Origin: Escherichia coli 042
GTDB taxonomy: Bacteria > Pseudomonadota > Gammaproteobacteria > Enterobacterales > Enterobacteriaceae
NCBI RefSeq assembly: GCF_000027125.1
Contig: NC_017626.1
Strand: one strand, 5' to 3'
DNA: 64,000 nucleotides
The notes under the pieces were generated by a model. That model did not search any database and was not told the origin of the DNA. It saw only the letters and a list, made by a program, of their open reading frames with translations. This document shows positions 32,781 through 45,109 of this stretch, in pieces. Position 1 is the stretch's first letter. Each line of letters starts with the position of its first letter. Both the position numbers and the translations under genes were made by a program.

Positions 32781-35700
32781 TTACCAGTCGGCGTAAGGTA
32801 TCAGCGGCTGCGGCGGTAAATCCATGTCACCCTGCCATCCGGCGGCGGAATAACGTACGTAGAGCAGGAAATGGCTGGGTGCGTAATCTTTCGCCTGCTG
32901 GATATCAATTGCCGTGCCGACAAACCAGTTGGAAGTAACACGTCGTTCAAGTAATGCCCGCGCCGTGTAGCCAAAGCCCTGACTGCTGCCGCCATCGTTC
33001 GATTGCCGCGCAGCTTCTTCCTGCCAGTCGGTCGGGATCAGATTCATCAGCGGATAACGCGGCATGGTTTTGGTGCGTGAATGCGACCACGAGCCAGACG
33101 CCCCCAGCTCCCACGACCAGTTTTCCGTCCGCTCCCGCCACATCACCGGTATGGCAAACGACAGGTATTCCTGCGGGCTGTAGTAACCGCCCTGACCAAG
33201 TGAGTAGCCACTCAGGTCTTTGTCGTAATGCCAGATCATGTTGTTCAGGCCGATGGTGACGCGGCGATTGTTCTGGTTAATGACCTTATAGTAATAGCCC
33301 GTCATCCAGCGCACGCGCCAGTTATCTTCGACATTTTTACCGGTTAACTGATCACCGCTAAGCGATGCCCAGACGCCGTTTGCTTCACCTTTATCGTAGC
33401 TCAGGCTTAGCCCCACGCCGTCGGCACGCACGCCGCCCCATTTTTTCCCGGTATTGCTCGGGGAGTCTTTTTGCCCGCCAAAGGCCAGCAAAGAACTGGA
33501 GATGGGCCGACGATGGGCGTTAACGGTGTAACCCAGCGGCCCGATATCATCGCTGTAACTGATGCCGCCGACCACATCCACCACATTGAAGCCCATCGGC
33601 GTAGTGCCGATATCCCAGCTCCAGACGTCATTTCGCCAGCCGACCGCCACGCTGGCACCGGAATCCGACTGGCTGCGGTTGCCGCTACAGTCTTGTAATG
33701 TACAGGTGCCCCAGTTGTCATCCCATTTGCCATCGGCATTAGTGGAAAAACTGCCGACGTTCATATTGACGAAATCACTACGAAAGAACATCCGCCCGTC
33801 AGAATACGGCGCATCCACCTGCAACATAGTGGTGTGCGCTTTCAGATCGGAGTAACCACCGGTGCCGCTCGAACCCCAGTAATCGTGCTCGAGGGTGACA
33901 TTAAGATCCTGCTGACGATAGAGGTCCGCCGCATCGCTGCGCACGCCGCGTTTCAGCCAGTCATCTTTCTCGTCATTGCGGGTCAGTCGGGTAAAGGTGT
34001 CGTTATCCTGTGGACGCATCGTGGTCACACCGGATGCAACCATGGCGTCTTTGTAGGTTTCCAGCGCCTGCGTTGGATCGCCCGCCTGCGCTTCAAACTT
34101 CGCACCGTCGCGCAGTACCATCGCGCTTTCCATCGACGGCGGCTGAGATTTTGCCTGCGGGATCAACTTATTAAACGTCTGCTGCGCCGCTGCGGTATCG
34201 CCAAGCTGCGCCTGTGCCAGCGCCACGCGCCGCTGTGTGTTCAGCGAGGCGTTATCGGTAGCGGGCAGTTTCGCCAGCTGGCTACGTGCCGCCGCTTTGT
34301 CACCGGCAGCAATATCCACTTCCGTCAGACCAAGAATGGCATCGGCGTTAGTTGGCTCCCGCGTCAGGACATTCTGATATGCAGCGCGAGCGGCGGTGTA
34401 ATCACGTCGTTGTTGCGCCCAGTCAGCCAGCGTGAGGTCTATGCGCGTGGAAGGTGGTTGCTGGCGCAGCATCGCTTCCGCTTCAGCTTCTTTGCCGCTT
34501 TCTCGCAGGCGATTAGCGGTTTCCAGTACCTGATTGCTTTGCAGTCGATTAACCAGCTCCTGAATATTGCTGCTCCACTGCGCGCGCGGCAGGCTGTTGA
34601 TATGCGCCAGCGCCGCTCTGTCCTGGTCATGACCAGAGAGATACAGCCCGTAAGCGTAAACCTGCTCCGGGTCGTTCGGCTTCTGCTGCGCCAGATTACG
34701 CATTAACGTATCGGCCTGGCTGCGTTGTCCGGCCTGCCAGAGATCCTGCGAAAGTCGGTAAGTAATCCATACGCTGCCGGGGTCCAGCGCCAGTCGTTGC
34801 CGCTGAAGTGCTGCCGCCTGCGCCCATTTGCCCTGGTTTTCCAGTGCCTCTGCCTGCTGTGCCAGACGGTCGTTTTGCAGGCTGCGTTCGATATCATCAA
34901 TGCTTCGCCGCTGACTGGCAGAGAGCGAGGCGATAAACGCTTCAGCTTTTTCTGGCGATTGCTGGCGGTATATATTCGCCAGCCCGCGCACGGCGTTAGT
35001 GTTGCCGCTGTCCATACGCAAGGTCTGCTGATAATAACGTTCGGCGGCGGGATAATCTTTTCGCGCCATCGCCACATCGCCCAGCCCCAGCACTGCATAG
35101 CTGTCGGTGTTATCGACATTACGCGCCTGCTGGAACAGGCGTTCTGCCCGGTCAGGATTATTGGCTTTCAGCGCAGCATCGCCCTGCTGGATCGCCAGCC
35201 AGTAGCGGTTTACTTTCAGGAGACTGTTCCATTTGTCGTTGTTGCTGCTGTGCGGATCCAGGGCGAGGGCTTTTTCCAGATTCGCCACCGCATTGGCGCG
35301 ATCGCCTTTCTGAGAATACGCCTGGCCCAGCGCCCCCAGAGCCTCACTGTCTTTCGGGTTCGCCCGCACTGCCTGTTGTAGTTCGGGAATGGCTTTACCC
35401 GCCATACCAGAGTCCACCGCCGCTAAACCTTGCGCACGAGCGCGGAAAGCAGGGTCGGCCAGCTGTTTTTGCTGTTCTGCCAGTTGCGATTGCGCCGCAG
35501 CTACGCTATCGCCATCACTAAAGATCGAGAGATATTTTTTCAGCGCCGACACACTGGCATCGCTGACGGGCATGTCTTTAATCTGCCCGTACCAGATTTT
35601 AGAGGCCCCTTCGCGCCCGGCGTTTGATTTCGCCATCTGTTCCAGGACGGCAAAACCTTCGTCACGGCGATCGCTACTAAACAGCAATAGCGCCAGATTG

Positions 35701-36254
35701 TTTTGTAGGCCCGTATTGCCCGGCGTATCCGCATTAATGCGTTTTAGCTGATTAATCGCTTCGCCACGGCGAGCCGGAATTTTCGCCACCGTACTCCAGT
35801 ACTCGACGGCAATGTCACCTTCCGGCGGCGCACCGTTGAACAGTTTGTTGTAACTCGCCACAGCTTCTTCTGCATGACCGGTCGTCGCCTGCAATCTTGC
35901 CTGTTGCAGTGCCTGACGACCATCCGGCGTGGAAAGCAACATTGTGGTCCGCGACGATTTATACGCATTTGAACTCGGCGCTAACTGCGACAGCCGATCG
36001 AGCTGTTTTTGCGCGCCATCAATATCGCCCTGACGTAACAGAGAACGGAAACGGGCGGCAACGACGTCCGGGTTATTCGGATCAATAAGTTCCAGACGAT
36101 ACAACGACTGTTGCACCAGGTCTTCACGATGGGTCGCTTCGCCTAACCGAACTTGCTCCAGCAACTGTTGCTGAGCGGTTGGTGCTGCCTCGACCATCGG
36201 CATGACGGCCAGACCGAGAGAAAGCGTGAATATGTTTAGTGTGAATTTGCGCAT
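32781..36254 (-). CDS. bcsC: Cellulose synthase outer-membrane subunit BcsC (TPR repeats plus beta-barrel)
   Basis: 1157-aa ORF with signal peptide, extensive TPR region and C-terminal beta-barrel; last gene of bcsRQABZC. Confidence 0.95.
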   Translation of the reverse strand: MRKFTLNIFTLSLGLAVMPMVEAAPTAQQQLLEQVRLGEATHREDLVQQSLYRLELIDPNNPDVVAARFRSLLRQGDIDGAQKQLDRLSQLAPSSNAYKSSRTTMLLSTPDGRQALQQARLQATTGHAEEAVASYNKLFNGAPPEGDIAVEYWSTVAKIPARRGEAINQLKRINADTPGNTGLQNNLALLLFSSDRRDEGFAVLEQMAKSNAGREGASKIWYGQIKDMPVSDASVSALKKYLSIFSDGDSVAAAQSQLAEQQKQLADPAFRARAQGLAAVDSGMAGKAIPELQQAVRANPKDSEALGALGQAYSQKGDRANAVANLEKALALDPHSSNNDKWNSLLKVNRYWLAIQQGDAALKANNPDRAERLFQQARNVDNTDSYAVLGLGDVAMARKDYPAAERYYQQTLRMDSGNTNAVRGLANIYRQQSPEKAEAFIASLSASQRRSIDDIERSLQNDRLAQQAEALENQGKWAQAAALQRQRLALDPGSVWITYRLSQDLWQAGQRSQADTLMRNLAQQKPNDPEQVYAYGLYLSGHDQDRAALAHINSLPRAQWSSNIQELVNRLQSNQVLETANRLRESGKEAEAEAMLRQQPPSTRIDLTLADWAQQRRDYTAARAAYQNVLTREPTNADAILGLTEVDIAAGDKAAARSQLAKLPATDNASLNTQRRVALAQAQLGDTAAAQQTFNKLIPQAKSQPPSMESAMVLRDGAKFEAQAGDPTQALETYKDAMVASGVTTMRPQDNDTFTRLTRNDEKDDWLKRGVRSDAADLYRQQDLNVTLEHDYWGSSGTGGYSDLKAHTTMLQVDAPYSDGRMFFRSDFVNMNVGSFSTNADGKWDDNWGTCTLQDCSGNRSQSDSGASVAVGWRNDVWSWDIGTTPMGFNVVDVVGGISYSDDIGPLGYTVNAHRRPISSSLLAFGGQKDSPSNTGKKWGGVRADGVGLSLSYDKGEANGVWASLSGDQLTGKNVEDNWRVRWMTGYYYKVINQNNRRVTIGLNNMIWHYDKDLSGYSLGQGGYYSPQEYLSFAIPVMWRERTENWSWELGASGSWSHSRTKTMPRYPLMNLIPTDWQEEAARQSNDGGSSQGFGYTARALLERRVTSNWFVGTAIDIQQAKDYAPSHFLLYVRYSAAGWQGDMDLPPQPLIPYADW

Positions 36255-37342
36255 TCCTGGCCCCAGTCAGGTAATAACTCACCTTTTGTCGAGAAGCGGA
36301 AACGGTGTTGATCCCAGCCTTGTCCAAACAGGGTCAGCACATAGTTGTAATAGGCATCGCTGCCGGGAAAGTTATCGGCCACGCGCTGGCGCTGAACGGC
36401 CTGCGCATCGCGGTTTTGTAAAAAGGGCAGCATGGCGGCAGAAAAACCGACCGGTCCTTTACCCTGCGCTTTCCCCGTAGCCACATCCACTTTTTCTGGC
36501 GGATAGCCGTTTTTCTCGGTGAATGTCGCCATCGGTTTAAACCGGTTGAGCATCCGCGCTTTTTGCGGATCGCTGTCAGGCATCATGCCTACCCACATGT
36601 AAACGCGGATCGCGTCGTAGCTGCTGATCAATGTTTTTTCGGCTTTTAGCTGCCAGCCTTTGTCTTTCTCATAGCGCACCCAGTCTGGCGAAAAGCCTTT
36701 CGGGGCGGTTTCCAGCAATAAACGTTGATTGGTTTCGCGCAGCGTAGTCCACGGCGCGCCAAAGCGGGTGAAATACTGCGCCAGCGTCGGCGGCAGGTAG
36801 CTGGGGTTAAAACGCCAGCTGTTATCCTCAGCAAAACCCACTTTGCCCGGTAACAACATGGAACCCAGCCCAGGCACCGTCACCACTTCCTCCCGCGCGA
36901 TACGTTTTAACAACGCGCTGCCGATGTCGGTATAACGCTGCTCTTTCCACAAACGCCCCGCCTCCAGCAACGACCAGGCCATCCAGACATCACCATCGGA
37001 GGCCGAATTGCTGTCCAGCACTTCCCACTTACTGTTCTCTTTCTTGCCCCACAGCCAGGCAGGCAAACGTTCTTTTAAAGAACCCTGAGCGAGATTGTTC
37101 TGCGTCCAGTCGAGAATATTATCGAAAGCTGCACGGTCGTTAGCCGCCAGGGCAAAGAACATGCCGTAACTTTGCCCTTCGGAGGTGGTGATTTTGCGCG
37201 CGTCGCTGGGGTCGATGACGCGCCCTTCCTGACTGATGTAATCCTTTTTAAACTGCTCCCAGGCAGGCCAGGTACAGGCTGCCTGAACACTAAAGGCAGC
37301 CAGCAGCAGCATCGTCACGAGTCCACTACGCAACACATTCAT
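36236..37342 (-). CDS. bcsZ: Periplasmic endo-1,4-beta-glucanase BcsZ (GH8)
   Basis: ORF 36236..37348 trimmed to the ATG at 37340-37342 (MNVLRSG...); 368 aa; overlaps the bcsC start by 19 nt. Confidence 0.93.
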   Translation of the reverse strand: MNVLRSGLVTMLLLAAFSVQAACTWPAWEQFKKDYISQEGRVIDPSDARKITTSEGQSYGMFFALAANDRAAFDNILDWTQNNLAQGSLKERLPAWLWGKKENSKWEVLDSNSASDGDVWMAWSLLEAGRLWKEQRYTDIGSALLKRIAREEVVTVPGLGSMLLPGKVGFAEDNSWRFNPSYLPPTLAQYFTRFGAPWTTLRETNQRLLLETAPKGFSPDWVRYEKDKGWQLKAEKTLISSYDAIRVYMWVGMMPDSDPQKARMLNRFKPMATFTEKNGYPPEKVDVATGKAQGKGPVGFSAAMLPFLQNRDAQAVQRQRVADNFPGSDAYYNYVLTLFGQGWDQHRFRFSTKGELLPDWGQECANSH

Positions 37343-37348
37343 CTTCAA

Positions 37349-39688
37349 TTACTCGTTATCCGGGTTAAGACGACGACGGCTGATAATACGCAGCAGACGC
37401 CACAGTACCCATGCCAGCAGCACGACGCTGATTGCCGCCAGCACCGCCAGCAGAATCGGATGGTTTGCCAGCGCATACCATAAGCGTTCGAACCACGGCA
37501 GATGGCCAACGTAATAGACGTCGCCAACGCGTAGGCTATTGATACCGGACTCGCGGATCACCGCGACCGAACCGAACATGGTGGCGCGTTTGCCGCTATC
37601 GTTCACCGCATCGTTAAGCATTTCATAACCGCGTGGGCTATCTGCCAGCAGCGCAATCACGCTGCGCTGGTCGTTATACGGCGACTGGAAGCCAATCACC
37701 GCCGCCATCGCACCGGAAGAGGTCAGCGTTGACTGGGTTTCTGCCGCGCGATCGCTCTCGTCCGGAACAATGCCGGGGAACGGGGTCTGGCGCATCGGCG
37801 TTTTCACCCAGCTTTCGGTCGCCTGCACCAACAGGTCGATCTGCTTGTCGTCTTTCAGTTTGTCCGGGATACCACCGATGATCATGATGTCGGCATCTTT
37901 GCCCTGAATGGTGCTGCCATCATCGGTCACCGTCAGATTAATCGCCGGGAAGCCCGTCTGTGCGCCGATAAAACCAACAGTATTCAGCAAGGTTTCCATC
38001 TGTGCTTCGTTAGGCGTTTTCGGCATCACGGTGATGGTTTGCGACAGATCCGCCATCCGGCTGAACGGGAAGCCCGCGTTAGCAAAGGCGCGTAGATCCG
38101 GCATCGGGATGAAGTGGTAATACTTCGAGAAGTCGATGGTGGAGTCGTCACCAATCACCACATGATTCTGCACCGGCTGGAAGGTAATACAGTTATCCAC
38201 CGAACCGCCAGGCATCGGGTTCATATACTCAAAGTCAAAGCGCAGCTGGTTGGTCGCGCCCAGTTTCAGCGCCGGAATAGAGACATCCGTTTTGCCATCC
38301 AGCAAACCTTGTAATACCGGAATCCGCAGCAGCAGGCGGTTCGCCTCCTGTTTGCTGCTCAGATTGAATGATTGCAGGAACTGGTTATTCAGGCTGATAT
38401 CCATCCGCGAACTGTCTTTCACCGGCGGCATGGTGTAGCGATAGTTGATATCCATATCAATGCCGGTACTACGCATCAAGTAGAGATCTGGCGGCAGGTT
38501 TAGCGAAACATTAATCGCTGCTGGCTCAAGACCGCTGGATTGCAACTGTTCTTCATAGGTTTTCAGTTCACCAAAGGTGACCGGACGATCGGTACGCACC
38601 CAGTTCGGCGCATCGTACGGCTTACGCGGTAGCAGCGGTTTCACTTCATTCACTACCACGCTTTCACCACGGAACAGAATGTTACCCTGAGCGATACCTT
38701 TCGCTGCCTGCAACAGGTCTTTGTCGTCACGACCAAACACCACCAGCAGTTTGACGTAAGGATTCTGCGGATGGTTGATCATCTCAATCACCGGGGCTTT
38801 TACCGCCGGATGATCGCGCAGGAAGTCCGGCCGTTTGTCGTTGGTTGCAAAGACAATGGCATTGCGATCCGGCAGTTGGTTATAGAGCACCGGGAAGTTC
38901 TGCCCACGCCAGCCAGAACGCGAACCAAACCACGAGGCAACAATGGCAGATGCTTGTTGCAGCCCAACATCCGGCGCACCCGCAAAGACCATCGGCAAGG
39001 TGTTAGTACGGTTATCACGCGGGTCAAAGAATGGTACCGGGAAGTGTGACAGGTCATTCTTCACATTCAGGGTCTGATAGGTCAAATCCAGTCCACTGCT
39101 CCGCCCAACATCCAGCCAAAGCGTGGTGCTGGCCGGGTTTTCGCACACGTCCTGATAATGGCCGACAAACTCCAGCCGCACACGGTTGAAATCAGTAATA
39201 AACAGCGGGTTAATGGGCATTTGTGCCAGCGTTTTTTTACCCAACTGTTCTTTGGTCACTGGCAGCACGCCCATCAGTTCATCATTGAGATAAACCTTTA
39301 ACTGCGACTGGACAGGCAGTAACGATGGCGATGGCGTGTATTCGAGATTGAGCATCGCCTTCGTCACCACTTCATCGCTGCGCATACCAAACTCAATGCT
39401 GCCGTTCGGGTTAATGCCACGTAGCACCATGCTGCCCGGCGGCGGCGCAATTTGCGCAAAGGTCAGCTTCACATCACGCGAAGGACCGTTCTGCGCCACG
39501 ACTGGCGCATCAGCGCCCTGCACGCCTGGCATCACTTGTCCCACCTGCGGATTTTGTTCCGTCTGGGCGGCTACAGCTGGCTCAGCATTGATCAGTGGTT
39601 GCGTTGCTGGCGTCGCCTGCGTCATGAAAGAGGGGAACGCACTCATCCCCATAGCCACTGCACAAATCCAGAATAGTTTTCTTTTCAT
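37349..39688 (-). CDS. bcsB: Cellulose synthase periplasmic subunit BcsB
   Basis: ORF 37349..39775 trimmed to the ATG at 39686-39688 (MKRKLFWICAVAMGMSAFPSFMTQA...); 779 aa; C-terminal TM anchor. Confidence 0.94.
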   Translation of the reverse strand: MKRKLFWICAVAMGMSAFPSFMTQATPATQPLINAEPAVAAQTEQNPQVGQVMPGVQGADAPVVAQNGPSRDVKLTFAQIAPPPGSMVLRGINPNGSIEFGMRSDEVVTKAMLNLEYTPSPSLLPVQSQLKVYLNDELMGVLPVTKEQLGKKTLAQMPINPLFITDFNRVRLEFVGHYQDVCENPASTTLWLDVGRSSGLDLTYQTLNVKNDLSHFPVPFFDPRDNRTNTLPMVFAGAPDVGLQQASAIVASWFGSRSGWRGQNFPVLYNQLPDRNAIVFATNDKRPDFLRDHPAVKAPVIEMINHPQNPYVKLLVVFGRDDKDLLQAAKGIAQGNILFRGESVVVNEVKPLLPRKPYDAPNWVRTDRPVTFGELKTYEEQLQSSGLEPAAINVSLNLPPDLYLMRSTGIDMDINYRYTMPPVKDSSRMDISLNNQFLQSFNLSSKQEANRLLLRIPVLQGLLDGKTDVSIPALKLGATNQLRFDFEYMNPMPGGSVDNCITFQPVQNHVVIGDDSTIDFSKYYHFIPMPDLRAFANAGFPFSRMADLSQTITVMPKTPNEAQMETLLNTVGFIGAQTGFPAINLTVTDDGSTIQGKDADIMIIGGIPDKLKDDKQIDLLVQATESWVKTPMRQTPFPGIVPDESDRAAETQSTLTSSGAMAAVIGFQSPYNDQRSVIALLADSPRGYEMLNDAVNDSGKRATMFGSVAVIRESGINSLRVGDVYYVGHLPWFERLWYALANHPILLAVLAAISVVLLAWVLWRLLRIISRRRLNPDNE

Positions 39689-39698
39689 CGCGTTATCA

Positions 39699-42317
39699 TC
39701 ATTGTTGAGCCAAAGCCTGATCCGATGGTTGTGCCGTTTCGCTCCGCTCCGGGCGGCGCGGAATAAACGATACAACCCAGGAAACCAGAGAAGTCAGCAC
39801 ACGGAATATGCCCTTCACCGAAGAAGGCGCAAACTCCGCCAGATGGCGGTAGCCACGGAAGCCGAGCTTCAGAATATCCAGCAGACTTTCCAGCGGCTTA
39901 TCTTCCGGGTAGCTGTCCTGCCAGAGCGCCCATGTATCCGCACGGGCAAACGTACACTGCACAAAATCGATATGTTGCTGGGTGGTGAGCGGCATTAATT
40001 TCAGCCCAACTTCATTACCCATCACGCGCGCCACCTGGGTGGGGAAGACGTATTCCTGCTGACCGCGTTTAAGCAACAGATTCACTTTCTGCCCTTCCAG
40101 AATCTGCGCCTGACCGTTGATCTTGATCCCCAAACCACCGTCGGAGAAATCCTGAACGGTACACGAGAAGAGGTGACCATCTTCGCGGGCAATTGCCGCG
40201 GGCATCGTCATCTCCACGCGGTGCGATCGGCGTACCTGTTTGCTTTCTACCGATACCGCAACTGCGCCGCCAAGAACAATCAGGTTGTAGAATACCCACA
40301 CCATACTGACGACCACGGTGAGCATCTCGGTTGGCGGGCCATAGAAGTAGCGCCAGATGCCTACCGCAACGCCCACCAGGTTGAGCAGAACAAGGAAGAT
40401 GTAGGGCCGCGAGATCACCCAGTCGACGTACTCTTCTTCCACCAGTCCACCTTTGGCGGTAACGTTAAATTTGCCTTTGTGCGGGTTAATCAGCGCCACC
40501 AGCGTCGGTGGTGCGATATACCACGCCAGCACCGTTTCGTAGATTTCACTCCAGAAAGAGTGGCGATATTTGCCCTGGATCTTCGAGTTGGTCAGGCTGG
40601 CATGAATCATATGCGGCAGCACGAACAGGGCGATCATCAACGCTGGCGCATAGATGATGTAGGCATGAAGCAGTAGGAACGCCAGCGGCGCAGTCAGGAA
40701 GATCAGCCGTGGAATGCCCGACAAGAAGTGGAACATGGCGTTGACGTAACATAGCCGCTGAGCAAACTTCAGCCCTTTACCGGTGAGCGGGTTATCGAGA
40801 CGGAAGATTTGCACCATCCCGCGCGCCCAGCGAATACGCTGACCGATATGCGCCGACAGACTTTCGGTCGCCAGCCCCGCCGCCTGCGGAATACGCATAT
40901 ACGCGGAGGTATAGCCACGACGGTGCAAACGCAGAGAAGTATGCGCATCTTCAGTCACGGTTTCGACAGCAATGCCGCCAATTTCATCCAGCGGCTTACG
41001 GCGAATCACCGCACAGGAACCGCAGAAGAAAGTGGCGTCCCACATATCGTTGCCATCCTGCACCAGACCATAGAACAGCGTGCCTTCGTTCGGTGTTTTA
41101 CGGAAACGTCCCAGGTTGCGTTCAAACGGGTCCGGTGAGAAGAAGTGGTGCGGCGTCTGCATCATCGCCAGTTGTTTTTCTTTCAGGAACCAGCCCATGG
41201 TCATTTGCAGGAACGATCGCGTTGGTACGTGGTCGCAGTCGAAAATCGACACGAACTCGCCTTTGGCATATTTCAGCGCATTGTTGATGTTGCCCGCTTT
41301 CGCATGTTCATGAGTGGTACGGGCGATATATTTCACCCCCACGTTTTGCGCAAACTGGCGAAACTCTTCCCTGCCGCCGTCATCAAGGATCCAGATGTTC
41401 AGCTTGTCTTTCGGCCAGTCGATACCCAGCGAGGCGTAAATGGTATTTTTCACCACGTTGAGATCTTCGTTGTAAGTCGGGACAAAGATATCCACCGACG
41501 GCCACAACGACATATCTTTCGGCAATGGCACCGGCTGACGATTCAGCGGCCATACTACCTGGAAGTAGCCGAGCACCAGCACAATCCACGCGTACGTTTC
41601 GGCGAACAGCAGAATAAGCCCGCACACCAGGCTGACCGGATCGTCCCAGTTCAGCGTAGAGGTGTAGCGCCACCAGATATAACGGCAAGAAACGGTCAGC
41701 GACAGCACAATCAACATTAGCGCCGAGAAGCGCCCCGGCATCCGCCGTACGATCAGCGCTACCCCCCACAGCAGCATCAGGAAGATAAACTGCGCCAGCG
41801 GGTTAAACGGCTGAGTAACGCAGATTAACGCCAGAATCAGCGAGAAGGTGACGATGATACCGAGGATCAACCGCCGCGCCCCGGCACTCAAATGGCCGAG
41901 CTCTTTTTTCTCATCAAGATGCTGTGTTTTATGGCTAACGCGCTCAGGCAGCTCGTTCATCCATTGATGGTAACGTCCACGAATATTTTGCAGACCTGAA
42001 AATGCCCGCCTGCGCGGTTTCGGCGTTTCTTTGCGCGATGCACCGATCAGTAACCAGCATGTTTGAATGAGATAACGGACCGGATCCAGCGGACGCGGAC
42101 GCGAGGCGTTGATATGCGGATACAGGTTTTTATGTTCTGCGCGAATACGCTGCCAGCGCGGGTGCTCCAGCGGAATAAAAATCCAGGCCAGGATCAACCA
42201 AAAACAGCCGAGCGTCGCGCTGAAAGCCGACGCGCCATGACGACGATAATCGCGATAACGCCCGATAAGCCGCGCGTTGACCGGCGGGATAAGCAACCAC
42301 CGGGTCAGGATACTCAT
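39699..42317 (-). CDS. bcsA: Cellulose synthase catalytic subunit BcsA (GT2, C-terminal PilZ domain)
   Basis: 872-aa ORF with a GT2 region (DCDH, QRIRWARG) and a C-terminal PilZ c-di-GMP-binding region. Confidence 0.96.
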   Translation of the reverse strand: MSILTRWLLIPPVNARLIGRYRDYRRHGASAFSATLGCFWLILAWIFIPLEHPRWQRIRAEHKNLYPHINASRPRPLDPVRYLIQTCWLLIGASRKETPKPRRRAFSGLQNIRGRYHQWMNELPERVSHKTQHLDEKKELGHLSAGARRLILGIIVTFSLILALICVTQPFNPLAQFIFLMLLWGVALIVRRMPGRFSALMLIVLSLTVSCRYIWWRYTSTLNWDDPVSLVCGLILLFAETYAWIVLVLGYFQVVWPLNRQPVPLPKDMSLWPSVDIFVPTYNEDLNVVKNTIYASLGIDWPKDKLNIWILDDGGREEFRQFAQNVGVKYIARTTHEHAKAGNINNALKYAKGEFVSIFDCDHVPTRSFLQMTMGWFLKEKQLAMMQTPHHFFSPDPFERNLGRFRKTPNEGTLFYGLVQDGNDMWDATFFCGSCAVIRRKPLDEIGGIAVETVTEDAHTSLRLHRRGYTSAYMRIPQAAGLATESLSAHIGQRIRWARGMVQIFRLDNPLTGKGLKFAQRLCYVNAMFHFLSGIPRLIFLTAPLAFLLLHAYIIYAPALMIALFVLPHMIHASLTNSKIQGKYRHSFWSEIYETVLAWYIAPPTLVALINPHKGKFNVTAKGGLVEEEYVDWVISRPYIFLVLLNLVGVAVGIWRYFYGPPTEMLTVVVSMVWVFYNLIVLGGAVAVSVESKQVRRSHRVEMTMPAAIAREDGHLFSCTVQDFSDGGLGIKINGQAQILEGQKVNLLLKRGQQEYVFPTQVARVMGNEVGLKLMPLTTQQHIDFVQCTFARADTWALWQDSYPEDKPLESLLDILKLGFRGYRHLAEFAPSSVKGIFRVLTSLVSWVVSFIPRRPERSETAQPSDQALAQQ

Positions 42318-43066
42318 GATTTACTCCCGACTGGCGTTTTCAGCCCGGAATAGTTCAACAGGCACCAGTTAGCCAGCGTCAGTATCTCTTCAGCGGCCAG
42401 CGCATCACTGCGATATTCACCGACTGGTTGCTTAGCCGCCAGGCATTCAGCCATCGCTTCATCACGATGAATGAGCATTGGCAGTAATCGGCGCTGGCTT
42501 TGCAACCAAAGCTGGTAAATATCGTCCTGAACTTGACTGCCGATACGGAAGTCATTAATCAAAATATGCGCGCCATCCGGCAGCGCCTGCTGATGCAGCC
42601 GGATATGGCAGTTGGCATCCACATTGACGATTGCCAGCGAGTGATCGCACAAACTCAGCAGCTGGTGGGTTATCTGCGAGGAATCACGCGGTAAGTCGAT
42701 TAAAATCCACTGGTAACGCCCGCTGGCTTTTAGTTGCTGTAAGCCGGAGCAAATATCGCTCAGCCGGGTTTGCCAGTGCTGTGGATTTTCTTGTTCTTCA
42801 ATGGATAACTGACCAAAAGGCAGCAAATCGAGCTGCGAGGTATAGCGCAACCCGGCGTCACGCCAGTCCTGGTCATCCAGCATAGCTCTGGCCCAGCCCT
42901 GACGGTGGGTAAAATCAACGTTAAATGACAGGCGCAACAAGTTGTCCGGGCAGGCATCGACCACCAGGACATTTTCTCCCAACATTTGTAATGACCAGGC
43001 TAATGCGGCGGTGATGGTTGTTGTCCCCACGCCTCCCCGCACCCCCTGCAATCCCAGTACGGCCAT
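42314..43066 (-). CDS. bcsQ: Cellulose biosynthesis ATPase BcsQ (MinD/ParA family), intact
   Basis: 250-aa uninterrupted ORF MAVLGLQGVRGGVGTTTITAAL... with a deviant Walker A. Codon 6 is TTG (Leu), not the TAG I recall for K-12. Confidence 0.9.
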   Translation of the reverse strand: MAVLGLQGVRGGVGTTTITAALAWSLQMLGENVLVVDACPDNLLRLSFNVDFTHRQGWARAMLDDQDWRDAGLRYTSQLDLLPFGQLSIEEQENPQHWQTRLSDICSGLQQLKASGRYQWILIDLPRDSSQITHQLLSLCDHSLAIVNVDANCHIRLHQQALPDGAHILINDFRIGSQVQDDIYQLWLQSQRRLLPMLIHRDEAMAECLAAKQPVGEYRSDALAAEEILTLANWCLLNYSGLKTPVGSKS

Positions 43067-43077
43067 TCACCAATCCC

Positions 43078-43266
43078 CTACTTTTGTTGCGCAAACTCTG
43101 CCAGCAACGGCCAGCGTTTTAATGCCGCGGCCAACTGTTCGCGTTGGGAAATATCGGCATAATCAATATCAGGCAGTGAAAATGCCTGCTTTAACGCCAA
43201 AATATCATTCTGGAAGATATAGCCTATCGCGGGATCAGGCAGAGTATCTGGTTCATTGTTATTCAT
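43078..43266 (-). CDS. bcsR: Cellulose biosynthesis small protein BcsR
   Basis: ORF 43078..43308 trimmed to the ATG at 43264-43266 (MNNNEPDTLPDPAIGYIFQNDILALKQAF...); 62 aa; directly upstream of bcsQ. Confidence 0.85.
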   Translation of the reverse strand: MNNNEPDTLPDPAIGYIFQNDILALKQAFSLPDIDYADISQREQLAAALKRWPLLAEFAQQK

Positions 43267-43537
43267 TTGCTTGATCCCTATGAAATAACCGTACCGTTCA
43301 TGAGACAATTCTAACCGTGAGCATTTCGCCGGTTTATTGTTTACGGCGAGACGGGAATTTGCTCACTTTTTGACTTTCCGTTACGCAACAAAAAAAGTTA
43401 AAAACGAAAAGACTAAAATCACACGTCTTGTGACCTGCTAAATTGATTCACATGCTAAATCTGATAAGTTTTAATTTCAATGGTAGGTTTATTTCTTAGC
43501 TTTCGCTAGTAAACTGATAATCAGACAAAATGATGAC

Positions 43538-45109
43538 ATGAGGGACATTGTGGACCCTGTATTCTCTATCGGTATCTCATCATTATGGGATGAGCTGCGA
43601 CATATGCCAGCAGGCGGCGTCTGGTGGTTTAACGTCGATCGCCATGAAGATGCTATCAGTCTGGCGAATCAAACAATTGCATCCCAGGCTGAAACCGCAC
43701 ACGTCGCGGTCATTAGCATGGACAGCGATCCGGCGAAAATCTTTCAATTAGATGATTCTCAAGGACCGGAAAAAATAAAATTATTTTCAATGCTAAATCA
43801 TGAAAAAGGTCTATACTATTTGGCCCGTGATTTGCAGTGTTCTATTGATCCCCATAATTACCTTTTTATTCTTGTTTGCGCAAATAACGCATGGCAAAAC
43901 ATTCCTGCCGAGCGGCTTCGCTCATGGTTGGATAAAATGAATAAATGGAGCAGGTTAAACCATTGTTCGCTTTTGGTAATTAATCCCGGAAATAATAACG
44001 ATAAACAATTTTCATTGTTGCTTGAGGAATACCGTTCACTTTTTGGTCTTGCCAGTTTGCGTTTTCAGGGCGACCAACATTTGCTGGATATTGCCTTCTG
44101 GTGCAACGAAAAAGGGGTTAGCGCCCGTCAGCAGCTTAGCGTTCAGCAACAAAATGGTATCTGGACATTAGTTCAAAGCGAAGAGGCGGAGATCCAACCA
44201 CGCAGCGACGAAAAACGCATTCTGAGTAATGTTGCTGTACTGGAAGGTGCGCCGCCGCTATCAGAACACTGGCAACTGTTCAACAATAACGAAGTCCTGT
44301 TCAATGAAGCCCGTACCGCTCAGGCGGCGACGGTGGTCTTTTCTTTACAACAAAATGCGCAAATCGAGCCACTGGCCCGCAGCATTCATACTCTGCGTCG
44401 CCAGCGCGGTAGTGCGATGAAAATCCTCGTACGGGAAAATACCGCTAGCCTGCGCGCCACCGATGAACGTTTGTTATTGGCCTGCGGTGCAAATATGGTT
44501 ATCCCATGGAATGCCCCACTCTCCCGCTGTCTGACGATGATCGAAAGCGTGCAAGGGCAGAAGTTTAGTCGCTATGTGCCGGAAGATATCACTACCTTGC
44601 TGTCAATGACCCAGCCGCTCAAACTGCGTGGTTTCCAGAAGTGGGATGTGTTCTGTAATGCCGTCAACAACATGATGAATAACCCTCTATTACCTGCCCA
44701 CGGTAAAGGCGTTCTGGTTGCCCTACGTCCGGTACCGGGTATCCGCGTTGAGCAAGCCCTGACGCTGTGTCGCCCTAACCGCACCGGCGATATCATGACT
44801 ATTGGCGGTAATCGGCTGGTGCTGTTTCTCTCATTCTGTCGGATTAACGATCTGGATACCGCGTTGAATCATATTTTCCCATTGCCGACTGGCGACATTT
44901 TCTCAAACCGTATGGTCTGGTTTGAAGATGATCAAATCAGTGCCGAGCTGGTGCAGATGCGCCTGCTTGCCCCAGAACAATGGGGCATGCCGCTGCCTTT
45001 AACGCAAAATTCTAAACCGGTCATTAATGCCGAGCACGATGGTCGCCACTGGCGACGAATACCAGAACCAATGCGACTGTTAGATGATGCTGTGGAGCGC
45101 TCATCATGA
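43538..45109 (+). CDS. bcsE: c-di-GMP-binding cellulose biosynthesis protein BcsE
   Basis: 523-aa [36 protein letters not shown]..., divergent from bcsR. Confidence 0.93.

Noticed and set aside
33834-35381. Long plus-strand ORFs (290 and 218 aa) inside bcsC
   Set aside because: They are antisense to a well-supported 1157-aa gene in GC-rich DNA and have low-complexity Arg/Leu-rich translations, typical of spurious antisense ORFs.
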